Shown here: positions 36,593 through 46,270 of the stretch, piece by piece
Layout: each line of letters starts with the position of its first letter
How positions within the stretch are numbered: position 1 is the stretch's first letter
Assembly (NCBI GenBank): GCA_905182445.1
Contig: CAJJBM010000027.1
Location: 1 to 49,659, forward strand
Length of the DNA: 49,659 nucleotides
Source: Pelagibacteraceae bacterium AG-422-B15
GTDB taxonomy: Bacteria > Pseudomonadota > Alphaproteobacteria > Pelagibacterales > AG-422-B15
Direction of reading: 5' to 3'
The notes under the pieces: generated by a model
What the model was told of the DNA's origin: nothing
Databases searched by the model: none
The model's input: only the letters and a program-made list of their open reading frames with translations
Made by a program: the position numbers and the translations under genes

Positions 36593-38317
36593 CTACATAA
36601 TTATATTTTTTATACTTATTTCAAAAATTAAATCTTTCATCGTTTTTGAATCAATTTTATTTAGCGCCTCTAGTATCGCAAAAATACTAAAGTCATCTAG
36701 TTCATTAAATTTTTTATCACCGTTTAAAATTAATATCAATAAAGCTGCCTCACCTATATTGCTATTTGAAGCATTTTTTAAATACTCTATTACCCTAATA
36801 TTTGGGACTATGGCTGACACCTTATTAAGCTTACTTTTTGATTTCCAATAATTTGGAAATCTAATATCAGTTGTAATTTCAATATATTTTACAATAATAT
36901 TTTTATTAATTTCCGAAATTTCACTACTTACAATAATATTATCTATAAACTTTTTGTTTAATTTTGTGGTTGGGGTTTCTGTATTTAAATGTAAGTAATA
37001 TTCAATTAATGCATATTCAATATTCAATGTCTTATTAAACTGAATTATCTTGCCCCATTCTCTACATCTGTCGTTATCATTATTTAATATAAGCAAAATA
37101 CATATATCTAAAGCTTGATTTGCATACTCATTTTTTGGCTGAATTACTTTTATTTTATCATAGATAAGGGCATAAGAGGCGTAAAGCATATCACTTGCTC
37201 TCATTTCATCTATAAAATTAGATGTAAGATTAGCAAGAGATTTTTGATCAGAGCTATTCCTTATTTGAGAGAATAGGAAAACTCTTTTTTCTAAGTCGTT
37301 TTTTGCATTTTTATACTCAATAGTAGTAAAAATACTATTGTCACTAAGGTATCTCTTATAATTATTTAATAAAATATCTGATTTTAAAATATTTTTTTGA
37401 ACTAGCTCTTCTGTAATTCTAATTTTTTTTTCTATATTTTTTAAATTGGATAAGGCATAATATTTTTTTATACTCATATCACTTTCAAGACTTATTAGTT
37501 TTGAAAAATCTATATTTTTATTATTTAAAAGATTTAATTTTAAGAGATCTATAAATTTAATCTTTTTTAAATCTATTTCTTGTCCATTAATATATGAATT
37601 TACAATATATAAAAATTCTTTATCAATTTGTCCTTGCTCTTGTAATAAAGAAAGTAATAAATCTGTTGCAGGTAAGTTATTTGACATTGCTTTGCAAAAA
37701 GTTTGATAAATAAGTTTAGTTTTTGTTTCTTTAAACTTATTCAATAGTTTTTTTACACAAACTTTTTTATGATCACCCAATATTAGATGATGATTTATGT
37801 AGTTTACAAACTCGTAATCAGTCCAATCATCTTGGCTAATTTGATCTAAAATTCTCTTAACGATATTATCATTTTGATTCTGCAGGTAATATTCTACCTT
37901 TAAGTCTAAGAAACTCTGATTTGAGATTTTATTTTTTTTTGGTGGAGTTGAAATAGTGAGTAATGTTTTATCTAAGAGATTGGAAACACTATTAGTTTGA
38001 TAATGACTTGAAAGTTGATCTATTAAGTATTTAACGCTTTCAAATTCAGAATTTTCCCATATTGCTGGATTAAAACCATTGCTAGTTTGATCATAAAAAC
38101 CAATTGTATCATAGGCTGAATAATCAATATCTGTTTGCGAGATGATAGATTGGTCTGCTTCAGGCTTAATATCTTCATTTGGTATAATATTTTCGTCTAT
38201 ATTGTCTACTTCATCATCACTGGCCCATATTTCTAATGGCTCGGACATAATAGTTTCAGCAAAAATACTAGTGAAACTAAGAAAAAAAATAATTACTATC
38301 GAAAATATATGGGTCAT
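36593..38317 (-). CDS. Secreted protein of unknown function (about 574 aa), acidic N-terminal region then helical repeats
   Basis: I prefer the start at ATG 38315-38317 (MTHIFSIVIIFFLSFTSIFA-ETI, a clean signal peptide) over the track start at 38407. No catalytic motif recognised. Confidence 0.6.
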   Translation of the reverse strand: MTHIFSIVIIFFLSFTSIFAETIMSEPLEIWASDDEVDNIDENIIPNEDIKPEADQSIISQTDIDYSAYDTIGFYDQTSNGFNPAIWENSEFESVKYLIDQLSSHYQTNSVSNLLDKTLLTISTPPKKNKISNQSFLDLKVEYYLQNQNDNIVKRILDQISQDDWTDYEFVNYINHHLILGDHKKVCVKKLLNKFKETKTKLIYQTFCKAMSNNLPATDLLLSLLQEQGQIDKEFLYIVNSYINGQEIDLKKIKFIDLLKLNLLNNKNIDFSKLISLESDMSIKKYYALSNLKNIEKKIRITEELVQKNILKSDILLNNYKRYLSDNSIFTTIEYKNAKNDLEKRVFLFSQIRNSSDQKSLANLTSNFIDEMRASDMLYASYALIYDKIKVIQPKNEYANQALDICILLILNNDNDRCREWGKIIQFNKTLNIEYALIEYYLHLNTETPTTKLNKKFIDNIIVSSEISEINKNIIVKYIEITTDIRFPNYWKSKSKLNKVSAIVPNIRVIEYLKNASNSNIGEAALLILILNGDKKFNELDDFSIFAILEALNKIDSKTMKDLIFEISIKNIIM

Positions 38318-38420
38318 GTATAATGATTTTACAGGGTAATAATACTTTAAGCTATTTAACATATTTATAATTATATTTAACAAATAATAGAAACACTGTG
38401 AAATCAATTCACATTAAATA

Positions 38421-38966
38421 ATGTCAAAATTAAGCCCTTCTAACAACAAAAATAATATAGTGCTAATTGGCCATATGGGCTCTGGCAAGTCAACTCTTGG
38501 CTCACATCTTGCAAAAAAAATAAATTATAAATTTATTGATACCGATGAAACAATTATTGAAGAAATTAATATGTCTATAAGTGAATTTTTTGAAAAATAT
38601 GGTGAAAAAAAGTTTAGGGATTTAGAGGAAAAAACTATCTTAAAATTACTAGAACACAATACCCAGCATGTTATGGCTTTTGGCGGCGGTGCTTTTCAGA
38701 GTACAAAAATTCGCAGCAATGTAAAAAAAAGCGCAGTATCTGTGTGGCTCAAATGTGATTTAAAAATTTTAACTGCAAGATGTATAAAAAAAAGTAACCG
38801 ACCATTATTGAAAAACAAAGATACAAAAATTGTATTAAAGGAATTAAATAAATTACGAATAGATAATTTTTCTAGAGCAAATCATATTTTTGATGTTTCA
38901 AAGAAAACAAAGTCTAAATTAACAACTGAAATAATTAATGAATTAAATATTTATGAAAACAATTAG
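38421..38966 (+). CDS. aroK: Shikimate kinase
   Basis: P-loop GHMGSGKST, DTD motif and GGG motif. Overlaps aroB by 14 nt. Confidence 0.9.
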   Translation: MSKLSPSNNKNNIVLIGHMGSGKSTLGSHLAKKINYKFIDTDETIIEEINMSISEFFEKYGEKKFRDLEEKTILKLLEHNTQHVMAFGGGAFQSTKIRSNVKKSAVSVWLKCDLKILTARCIKKSNRPLLKNKDTKIVLKELNKLRIDNFSRANHIFDVSKKTKSKLTTEIINELNIYENN

Positions 38967-40053
38967 ATTAAAAAATAAACAAATTGATTATCCGATCTTA
39001 ATAGGTAGTAATCTCTATAAAGATATTGGAAAAATTTGTAAGAAATATTTAGAAAAAAATAGAGTTTTCATTGTATGTGATATTACTATTTATAATTTAT
39101 ATAAAGATGAAATACATACTTCATTTAAGAAAACAAAAATTGAATGTGTATTCATACCAATAGGGGTAAGTGAGAAGAAGAAAAATATTAATACTGTGGC
39201 AAGTTTATCATCAAAAATTATAGCTCATAGTGTTGATCGAAAAGATACAATTATTGCTTTAGGGGGAGGTATTCTTGGAGATATTGTTGGTTTTACTGCA
39301 AGTATAATATTACGTGGTATAAATTATATACAGCTACCTACAACTTTACTATCTCAGGTAGATTCATCTGTTGGAGGGAAAACTGGAGTAAATAATATTT
39401 ATGGAAAAAATCTATTAGGCTCATTCTATCAACCTAAGCTTGTAATTATTGACACTAATGTACTAAAAACTCTTCCAAAAAGGGAATTGCTAGCTGGGTA
39501 TGCGGAAATTATTAAATATGGAATTATCAAAGATACTAAATTTTTTCAGTGGCTTCAGAAGAATGGTAAAAAAGTTATTGAAGGTAATACCAATGCAAGA
39601 ATATATGCAATCTATAGAAGCTGTATTAACAAATCACAAATTGTTGAGGCTGATGAAAAAGAGCATGGAATAAGAGCACTTTTAAACCTTGGTCATACAT
39701 TTGGGCATGCTATTGAATCTTTAAATAATTATAAAAAAAATATTATACATGGTGAAGCGGTATCGATAGGTATTATTATTGCTACAAAATTATCCTATGT
39801 AGAAGGACATATTAATAAAATAACTTGTGATAAAATAATTAATCACTTTGTTGAAATAGGGTTAAAAATAAGTATGCCTAAAAACCTAAAAAAAATTACT
39901 CCTAAAAAATTTATTTCTGAAATGATTAAGGACAAAAAAACAGTAAATAAAGAAATCACCTTAATTTTGATTAAAAGGATAGGAGAAGCTTTTATCCAAA
40001 AAAAATATTCTCAGAATAAACTTATTAAATTATTTACGGAGATAACAACATAG
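38953..40053 (+). CDS. aroB: 3-dehydroquinate synthase
   Basis: GGGILGDIVGF, DSSVGGKTGVN and LNLGHTFGHAIE motifs. Confidence 0.9.
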   Translation: MKTIRLKNKQIDYPILIGSNLYKDIGKICKKYLEKNRVFIVCDITIYNLYKDEIHTSFKKTKIECVFIPIGVSEKKKNINTVASLSSKIIAHSVDRKDTIIALGGGILGDIVGFTASIILRGINYIQLPTTLLSQVDSSVGGKTGVNNIYGKNLLGSFYQPKLVIIDTNVLKTLPKRELLAGYAEIIKYGIIKDTKFFQWLQKNGKKVIEGNTNARIYAIYRSCINKSQIVEADEKEHGIRALLNLGHTFGHAIESLNNYKKNIIHGEAVSIGIIIATKLSYVEGHINKITCDKIINHFVEIGLKISMPKNLKKITPKKFISEMIKDKKTVNKEITLILIKRIGEAFIQKKYSQNKLIKLFTEITT

Positions 40054-40054
40054 T

Positions 40055-41323
40055 ATGTTTTTTGACATAGTAATTTTATCAATATCTATATTAATTCTCT
40101 TAGTACTTTCTGCATTTTTTTCAGGTTCTGAAACTGCCTTAACAGCTAGTACAAGAAGTCGTCTTACAGGATTAAATATCAAAGGTAATAAAAATGCACA
40201 AATTGCAATAAAACTTTTAAATGACAAGGAATCACTTATTGGAGCAATTTTATTGGGTAATAATCTTGTTAATATTTTAGCTTCTGCCCTAGCAACAAGT
40301 TTATTAATAAAAATGTTTGGTGATTCGGGTGTAGCTTACGCAGTATTAATAATGACGGTTCTAATTGTTATATTTGCTGAGATACTTCCAAAAAGTTATG
40401 CTATTTCAAATTCTGAAAAGATGGCATTAACAGTTAGCCCAATCATTAGGCCGTTTGTATTTTTTCTTTCTCCAATTACTTGGGTCATGGAAAAAATAGT
40501 TCATGGAATTTTAAGTATTTTAGGAATGAATTATGTAAAAAATAGTCGATCATTATCTGTTCAAGATGAAATTCGTGGAACAGTTGATCTTCATCATAAA
40601 GAGGGTCGTCTCTATAAATTTGACAAGGACATGGTTAAAGGAATTTTAGATCTATCTATTATTGGCATTGAAGATGTTATGGTGCATCGAAGTAATATGT
40701 TCACTGTTAATATTGATGATAATGCAGATACTATCATAAGCACTGTTATCAATAGTCCCTACACTAGAATTCCTGTCTGGCAAAATGATGCTGAAAATAT
40801 TATTGGAATAATACATGCTAAAAATTTATTAAGACTAATTAGTATAAAAAAAGATAAGCCAATCCTGAATGTAGACATTAAAAAAACATTGCTTGAACCG
40901 TGGTTCGTACCAGAAACAACTACATTAAAGGAGCAATTACAAATGCACTTAAATAAACGAACTAAATTAGCTATCATAGTTGATGAATATGGTGCCTTGA
41001 TGGGCATGCTCAGTTTGGAAGATATAATTGAAGAAATTGTTGGAGATATAAGTGACGAGCATGATGTCATCGTGAAAGGTGTCAATGTTAATTCTGATGG
41101 AAGCTTTGATATAAATGGCAATGTAGAAATTAGAGATTTAAATAGAGAGTATGGATGGGAGTTACCGGATAATGAGGCCAATACTCTATCGGGCTTAATT
41201 ATTCATGAATCAAGATCTTTTCCAAAAGCAGGGCAAAAGTTTAATTACTACGGATTTCAATTTGAAATTTTAGATACTAAGAATAATCAAATATCACTTC
41301 TCAAGATCTTGAGTGCTCAGTAA
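40055..41323 (+). CDS. CNNM/HlyC/CorC-family transporter (DUF21 + CBS pair + CorC_HlyC)
   Basis: 422 aa. N-terminal 4-TM DUF21 region (FFSGSETAL), a CBS pair, and a C-terminal transporter-associated domain. Confidence 0.85.
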   Translation: MFFDIVILSISILILLVLSAFFSGSETALTASTRSRLTGLNIKGNKNAQIAIKLLNDKESLIGAILLGNNLVNILASALATSLLIKMFGDSGVAYAVLIMTVLIVIFAEILPKSYAISNSEKMALTVSPIIRPFVFFLSPITWVMEKIVHGILSILGMNYVKNSRSLSVQDEIRGTVDLHHKEGRLYKFDKDMVKGILDLSIIGIEDVMVHRSNMFTVNIDDNADTIISTVINSPYTRIPVWQNDAENIIGIIHAKNLLRLISIKKDKPILNVDIKKTLLEPWFVPETTTLKEQLQMHLNKRTKLAIIVDEYGALMGMLSLEDIIEEIVGDISDEHDVIVKGVNVNSDGSFDINGNVEIRDLNREYGWELPDNEANTLSGLIIHESRSFPKAGQKFNYYGFQFEILDTKNNQISLLKILSAQ

Positions 41324-41593
41324 CTCAAACTCATTAATAGAATAAAGCTTCAATACTATTGCATGTACATGATCTTTCAGCTCTTCTTTAAGAATTTTAT
41401 GAACCAATCTTTCTCGATAAATTTTACTTATATCCACAAAAGCTTCTGATGCAATGATGAGTTTTATATGAGAATAATCAGTGCGGTTATTTGTTTCATG
41501 ATGTCGATGTTGCTCAGAAAAATTAATTAACTTAAAATAAAAAGGATTGATATTATTTTTTATTTTTTTTGTTATTATGTTTTCAATGTTCAT
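41294..41593 (-). CDS. bolA: BolA-family protein
   Basis: 99 aa. The pattern (FSEQHRHH..., SHIKLIIASEAF, RERLVHKIL, HAIVLKLYS) matches the BolA fold signature. Converges on and overlaps the previous gene by 30 nt. Confidence 0.8.
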   Translation of the reverse strand: MNIENIITKKIKNNINPFYFKLINFSEQHRHHETNNRTDYSHIKLIIASEAFVDISKIYRERLVHKILKEELKDHVHAIVLKLYSINEFELLSTQDLEK

Positions 41594-41621
41594 TAGTTTA
41601 TATTAATTTATTCTATATTTT

Positions 41622-42152
41622 ATGACACAGCAAAAATGTAATAGTCCTGAATGTAATCTTTTCGCAGAGTATAAGGCGCCAGTTTCACCTGATAACCTTA
41701 GACAGTATCAATGGTTTTGCTTGCAGCATATCAAAGAATATAACAAAAACTGGAATTATTTTGAGAATATGAGTGCCGATGAAATAGAGACTTTCATCGA
41801 AAATGATATCATTGGTCATAGAAAAACTCAAAAAATTGGTGCTACAAATAGTGATTTTTTTAGCAAAACTAACAAAATAAGGGAGAAATTATTTAATTCT
41901 TTTGATGAGATTGGAAATCAAGAATTTAGCTCTACATTGTTGGGAAACGAATATATTAATGCATTGGCTGAACTAAATATTGATGATAAAAGTGCACCCT
42001 TAGAAGTTATAAAGAGAAAGTTTAAAGATATTGTTAAACAATTACACCCTGATACTGCTGGCTATAAAGAAGAAAATATTGAAAAGTTAAAAAAAGTTTT
42101 AGAATCTTATAAAATAATAAAAAACCATTATGAACGATTTAAATCAAAATAA
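41622..42152 (+). CDS. J-domain protein (C-terminal DnaJ domain, Cys-containing N-terminus)
   Basis: HPD tripeptide in KQLHPDTAG. N-terminal CNSPEC...C..H. Overlaps cobS by 23 nt. Confidence 0.75.
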   Translation: MTQQKCNSPECNLFAEYKAPVSPDNLRQYQWFCLQHIKEYNKNWNYFENMSADEIETFIENDIIGHRKTQKIGATNSDFFSKTNKIREKLFNSFDEIGNQEFSSTLLGNEYINALAELNIDDKSAPLEVIKRKFKDIVKQLHPDTAGYKEENIEKLKKVLESYKIIKNHYERFKSK

Positions 42153-43119
42153 TCAAACTACTCCAGACATATCTATTTCTGTTAATAAGGCGTTTGGAAT
42201 AGACACCAACTTACATGTTGATGGATTTTCTCAAAATTCAGCATACGTTCCAGAAATAGATTCTAATTATTGTTTTGATAAAGCAACCACTATGGCAATT
42301 TTGTCAGGTTTCAAATACAACAGAAGAGTTATGGTTCAGGGATATCATGGAACAGGGAAATCAACTCACATAGAGCAAGTTGCAGCAAGGCTTAATTGGC
42401 CATGTGTAAGAGTCAATCTAGATAGTCATGTAAGTAGAATAGATTTAATCGGCAAAGATGCTATAGTTCTAAAGGATGGAAAACAAATTACGGAATTTCA
42501 AGATGGAATTCTTCCTTGGGCAATTCAAAATAATACTGCTTTAGTTTTTGATGAGTATGATGCAGGTCGTCCAGATGTTATGTTCGTAATCCAAAGAATT
42601 CTTGAATCTGAAGGAAAATTTACTCTACTTGATAAGAATAGAGTGATAAAACCTCATCCAGCATTTAGGTTGTTCGCAACGACTAACACTGTTGGCTTAG
42701 GAGATACAAGTGGCCTATATCATGGAACACAACAAATTAATCAAGGGCAAATGGATCGATGGAATATTGTTACTGCATTAAATTATCTTGATAATAAAAA
42801 AGAAAAAGAAATTATACTTTCAAAAGTAAAAAATTATAATACACCTGATAGAGAGGAAACTATTGAACTCATGATTAAAGTTGCTGATCTTTCAAGAAAA
42901 GGTCTTGTAAATGGAGATATTTCTACGGTTATGAGTCCAAGAACTGTATTAACTTGGGCTGAAAATGCTGAAATATTTGATTTTAATATAGCCCTATCAT
43001 TTAAACTAACTTTTTTAAATAAATGTGATGATAGTGAAAAACCTATTATCGCTGAATATTATCAAAGATGTTTTGGTGAAGATCTAATGAATATTCAATC
43101 TGATATAACTCTTACTTAA
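42130..43119 (+). CDS. cobS: CobS-type AAA+ (MoxR-like) ATPase
   Basis: Walker A GYHGTGKST and Walker B LVFDEYD. The length and pattern match cobaltochelatase subunit CobS. Confidence 0.85.
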   Translation: MNDLNQNNQTTPDISISVNKAFGIDTNLHVDGFSQNSAYVPEIDSNYCFDKATTMAILSGFKYNRRVMVQGYHGTGKSTHIEQVAARLNWPCVRVNLDSHVSRIDLIGKDAIVLKDGKQITEFQDGILPWAIQNNTALVFDEYDAGRPDVMFVIQRILESEGKFTLLDKNRVIKPHPAFRLFATTNTVGLGDTSGLYHGTQQINQGQMDRWNIVTALNYLDNKKEKEIILSKVKNYNTPDREETIELMIKVADLSRKGLVNGDISTVMSPRTVLTWAENAEIFDFNIALSFKLTFLNKCDDSEKPIIAEYYQRCFGEDLMNIQSDITLT

Positions 43120-44949
43120 GTGAAAGAAGATACTCTAGATAGTTTTAAAAGAGCTCTTTCTTCTACTGTTAAGGCAATTGCAGAAGATAAGGAACTTGAA
43201 GTTGTTTTTGGTAGCAACTCCTCTTCCACAGAAGATAAGATTGTTCTTCCAGAAATTAATAATGTTTTTGATTTAGATAACATCTCTAGTATTAGAGGTA
43301 TGGCCGATAATGAGGCTCTAATACACAAGTATAGAAATAGCGATACATATAGTAAATTCTTACCTAATAAAGAAAAGAATAGAAAAATTTATGAATCTTT
43401 AGAGAATAGCCGCATTCAAATTTTAGGTAGTAAGCATATGCGAGGTGTAAAATCTAATCTTTTGAGTTTATATGAAAAAACCTGCAATGAAAAAAATTAT
43501 TCAAATGTAACGGGTCAATCTGATTTAGATATTGAAAATGCTTTAGAAATATATTTAAAGAAAAAAACAAATGCTAATTTAATTCCTAAAAGTGCTTCTC
43601 ATGCACTATCATATTGGAATAAATGGCTTGATTCAAAAATAGGAAATTCAATTGAAGGGTTGCTTGAGAATATAGATGATCAAGAACAATTTGCTCAGCT
43701 AGCTAACAAATTAATTTTAGATTTAAAACTTTATGATACAAATGAAAATAAAGATGAATCAGAGGATGATAACAAGGGTCAGCAAACTGAGGAACTAGAC
43801 AATCCAGATATTGATGAAACTGAAAGTCAGTCTTCTATGAGTGACGATGATATGGAAAATACTGAAGAAGAAGTTCAATCTGAAGAGAGTGAGTTGCCAG
43901 TAGACGAAAATAATGAAGAAATGCAGGATCTAGAAGATGACAGTTCTGAAAATATTAAACCTCAGTATAAAGAGAGTAAATCTGTAGAAACTATATTGAG
44001 TGAATACAACGTTTATTCTAGTCAATTTGATGAAGTTATTACTGCACTAGACTTGTGTGAAGATGAGGAATTAAACAGACTAAGAAAATATTTAGACCTA
44101 CAGCTGAAATCTTTTCAAACAATAATTTCACGTCTTGCAAATAGATTGCAGAGAAAGTTATTGGCAAAACAAAATAGAAGTTGGGAATTTAATATTGAAG
44201 AAGGTATTCTCGATACTTCAAGACTCACCCGGGTTATAACTGATCCTTTCTATTCTCTTTCTTTTAAAAAAGAAAAGGACACTGATTTTAAAGATACAGT
44301 CGTGTCGTTATTAATTGATAATTCTGGCTCGATGCGAGGCAGGCCTATTACTGTTGCCGCTATGAGTGCTGACATACTTGCACGCACTTTGGAAAAATGT
44401 GGAGTAAAAGTTGAGATACTTGGATTTACAACAAAAGCTTGGAAAGGTGGAAAAAGTAGAGAAAGTTGGATGCAAAACAATAAACCTCCTTCTCCTGGTC
44501 GATTAAATGATTTGAGACATATTATTTATAAAGCTGCAGATGAGCCCTGGAGAAGAGCTAAGAAAAACCTTGGCTTGATGATGAGAGAAGGGCTTCTAAA
44601 AGAAAATATCGATGGTGAAGCTTTGTTATGGGCACATAAACGTCTTCAGAATAGGTATGAAGCTAGAAAAATATTAATGGTTATTTCGGATGGTGCGCCT
44701 GTGGATGATAGTACACTGTCTGTAAATTCTGGAAATTATCTTGAAAAACATTTAAGAGGTGCAATAAGTTGGATAGAAAATAAATCTAACGTTCAGTTAC
44801 TTGCGGTTGGAATAGGCCATGATGTTACAAGGTATTATAAGAAAGCGGTGACTATAGTAGATGCTGAACAACTTGCAGATGTAATGACTGAGCAATTAGT
44901 AGATCTATTTGAAGAATATCCAGTCAAAAAAAGAGGATCTTTAAATTAA
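43120..44949 (+). CDS. cobT: CobT-type vWA protein with long acidic insert
   Basis: GTG start immediately after the cobS stop. CobT-like N-terminus ([13 protein letters not shown]). Acidic low-complexity region at roughly residues 205-275. C-terminal vWA domain with MIDAS motif DNSGSM. Confidence 0.85.
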   Translation: MKEDTLDSFKRALSSTVKAIAEDKELEVVFGSNSSSTEDKIVLPEINNVFDLDNISSIRGMADNEALIHKYRNSDTYSKFLPNKEKNRKIYESLENSRIQILGSKHMRGVKSNLLSLYEKTCNEKNYSNVTGQSDLDIENALEIYLKKKTNANLIPKSASHALSYWNKWLDSKIGNSIEGLLENIDDQEQFAQLANKLILDLKLYDTNENKDESEDDNKGQQTEELDNPDIDETESQSSMSDDDMENTEEEVQSEESELPVDENNEEMQDLEDDSSENIKPQYKESKSVETILSEYNVYSSQFDEVITALDLCEDEELNRLRKYLDLQLKSFQTIISRLANRLQRKLLAKQNRSWEFNIEEGILDTSRLTRVITDPFYSLSFKKEKDTDFKDTVVSLLIDNSGSMRGRPITVAAMSADILARTLEKCGVKVEILGFTTKAWKGGKSRESWMQNNKPPSPGRLNDLRHIIYKAADEPWRRAKKNLGLMMREGLLKENIDGEALLWAHKRLQNRYEARKILMVISDGAPVDDSTLSVNSGNYLEKHLRGAISWIENKSNVQLLAVGIGHDVTRYYKKAVTIVDAEQLADVMTEQLVDLFEEYPVKKRGSLN

Positions 44950-44952
44950 GAT

Positions 44953-45240
44953 TTAAGCGACAGCTGTTTTTTTAAGAAGGCTTTTTCTAACTACTTTTGC
45001 TTTTTGAGAAAGTTTACTATTTTTCACTTTAAGTAAATATTCATCGATACTTCCATACTTAGCAACTGTTCTTATTGAGGAAGCGGCTACTGACAGTCTC
45101 ACATTCTTATTAAGTAGTTCACTTCTAAAAGTTACTGATTGAATATTTGGAATAAACTTACGTTTAGTCCTATTCTTAGCCTTACTAACGTTATGGCCAA
45201 ACTGTACTTTTTTTCCTGTTAAATCACATGCTCTTGTCAT
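44953..45240 (-). CDS. rpmB: 50S ribosomal protein L28
   Basis: 95 aa. MTRACDLTGKKVQFGHNVSKAKNRTKRKF. Confidence 0.9.
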   Translation of the reverse strand: MTRACDLTGKKVQFGHNVSKAKNRTKRKFIPNIQSVTFRSELLNKNVRLSVAASSIRTVAKYGSIDEYLLKVKNSKLSQKAKVVRKSLLKKTAVA

Positions 45241-45285
45241 AGATGAAGTGTAATAATGACTGAAAGACGATATGTCAATAAATAG

Positions 45286-46257
45286 TTATTTTTTACCCAA
45301 AAATGTATCAATAATTGTCTTAGAGGCGGAATAAAATCCAGTTTCGCCGCTAATAATTCTCTGAACTTCATTTTCAATTAGTCCAGGAATACCATTCTCC
45401 TTGCTTAACTGAAGTAGAATTTTATTTCTAACCTCTTCTTCAAGCCAATAGGCCAGTTGATTTTCCCTTCTACTTTCAAATCTATTATTTGATTTGTTAA
45501 ATTCAACAATTTTATTGAAAGAATTAAGTACCTCATCCATACCTTTGTTCTCAATTGAAGAGACTAAAACTACTTGTGTTTCTAGCTCATTATTATCTTT
45601 ATTGTAAAAACTTAAAGCAGATTTGTAATCTGAGGCTGTTCTTGATGCTTGCGAAGCTAAATCACCATCATTTTTATTGACTATAAAAATATCTGCATAT
45701 TCTGTTATGCCCTTCTTTATTCCTTGAAGTTCATCGCCAGATCCTGGTCCAACAATTAATGTAAAAATATCAACAAGATTAGCAGCTGTTATTTCTGACT
45801 GTCCAACACCAACAGTTTCAATAAAAATATAATCATAGCCTGCAGCATCTAAAATTATAGCTGCCTCTCGAGTTCCTACGGCAATACCACCTAATGATCC
45901 TCTGGATGGAGTTGAGCGAATAAATGTATTTTCATTTTTAGAAATTTCACTCATTCGAGTTTTATCACCTAAGATAGAGCCGCCTGTAAAATTTGAAGAT
46001 GGATCAATAGCGAGTACTCCCAACTTAAAATTTTTATTAACTATATGTGAACCAAATGATTCTATAAATGTAGATTTACCAACACCTGGTGGACCTGAAA
46101 AACCGACTCTTATAGCATGACCAGGTGATTTTATAAGTGCAGATATTAATTCATGACTATGATTAATATCTTCTTCCCTAGAAGACTCAACAAGAGTAAT
46201 TGCTTTGGCAATTGCAGCTCTCTCTCCTGCTATAATTCTATCTCTAAGATTTATCAT
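45286..46257 (-). CDS. meaB: Methylmalonyl-CoA mutase-associated GTPase MeaB/ArgK
   Basis: P-loop GPPGVGKST, ETVGVGQSE, and NKxD-like VNKNDG. Directly downstream of the mutase gene. Confidence 0.9.
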   Translation of the reverse strand: MINLRDRIIAGERAAIAKAITLVESSREEDINHSHELISALIKSPGHAIRVGFSGPPGVGKSTFIESFGSHIVNKNFKLGVLAIDPSSNFTGGSILGDKTRMSEISKNENTFIRSTPSRGSLGGIAVGTREAAIILDAAGYDYIFIETVGVGQSEITAANLVDIFTLIVGPGSGDELQGIKKGITEYADIFIVNKNDGDLASQASRTASDYKSALSFYNKDNNELETQVVLVSSIENKGMDEVLNSFNKIVEFNKSNNRFESRRENQLAYWLEEEVRNKILLQLSKENGIPGLIENEVQRIISGETGFYSASKTIIDTFLGKK

Positions 46258-46270
46258 AAAATCAAATTAA

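Noticed and set aside
36558-36851. 97-aa plus-strand ORF spanning the end of the 604-aa gene and the start of the HCCA isomerase gene
   Set aside because: It overlaps two minus-strand genes in antisense. It is hydrophobic and low complexity, with no support.
38318-38407. 30-codon N-terminal extension of the large secreted protein
   Set aside because: The extension (MISQCFYYLLNIIINMLNSLKYYYPVKSLY) precedes a Met that begins a canonical signal peptide. It would also leave only 13 nt to the divergent aroK start.
40759-41181. 140-aa minus-strand ORF inside the CorC/TlyC gene
   Set aside because: It is an antisense shadow frame with a Ser/Leu/Ile-rich translation, and the sense gene has clear CBS/CorC domains.
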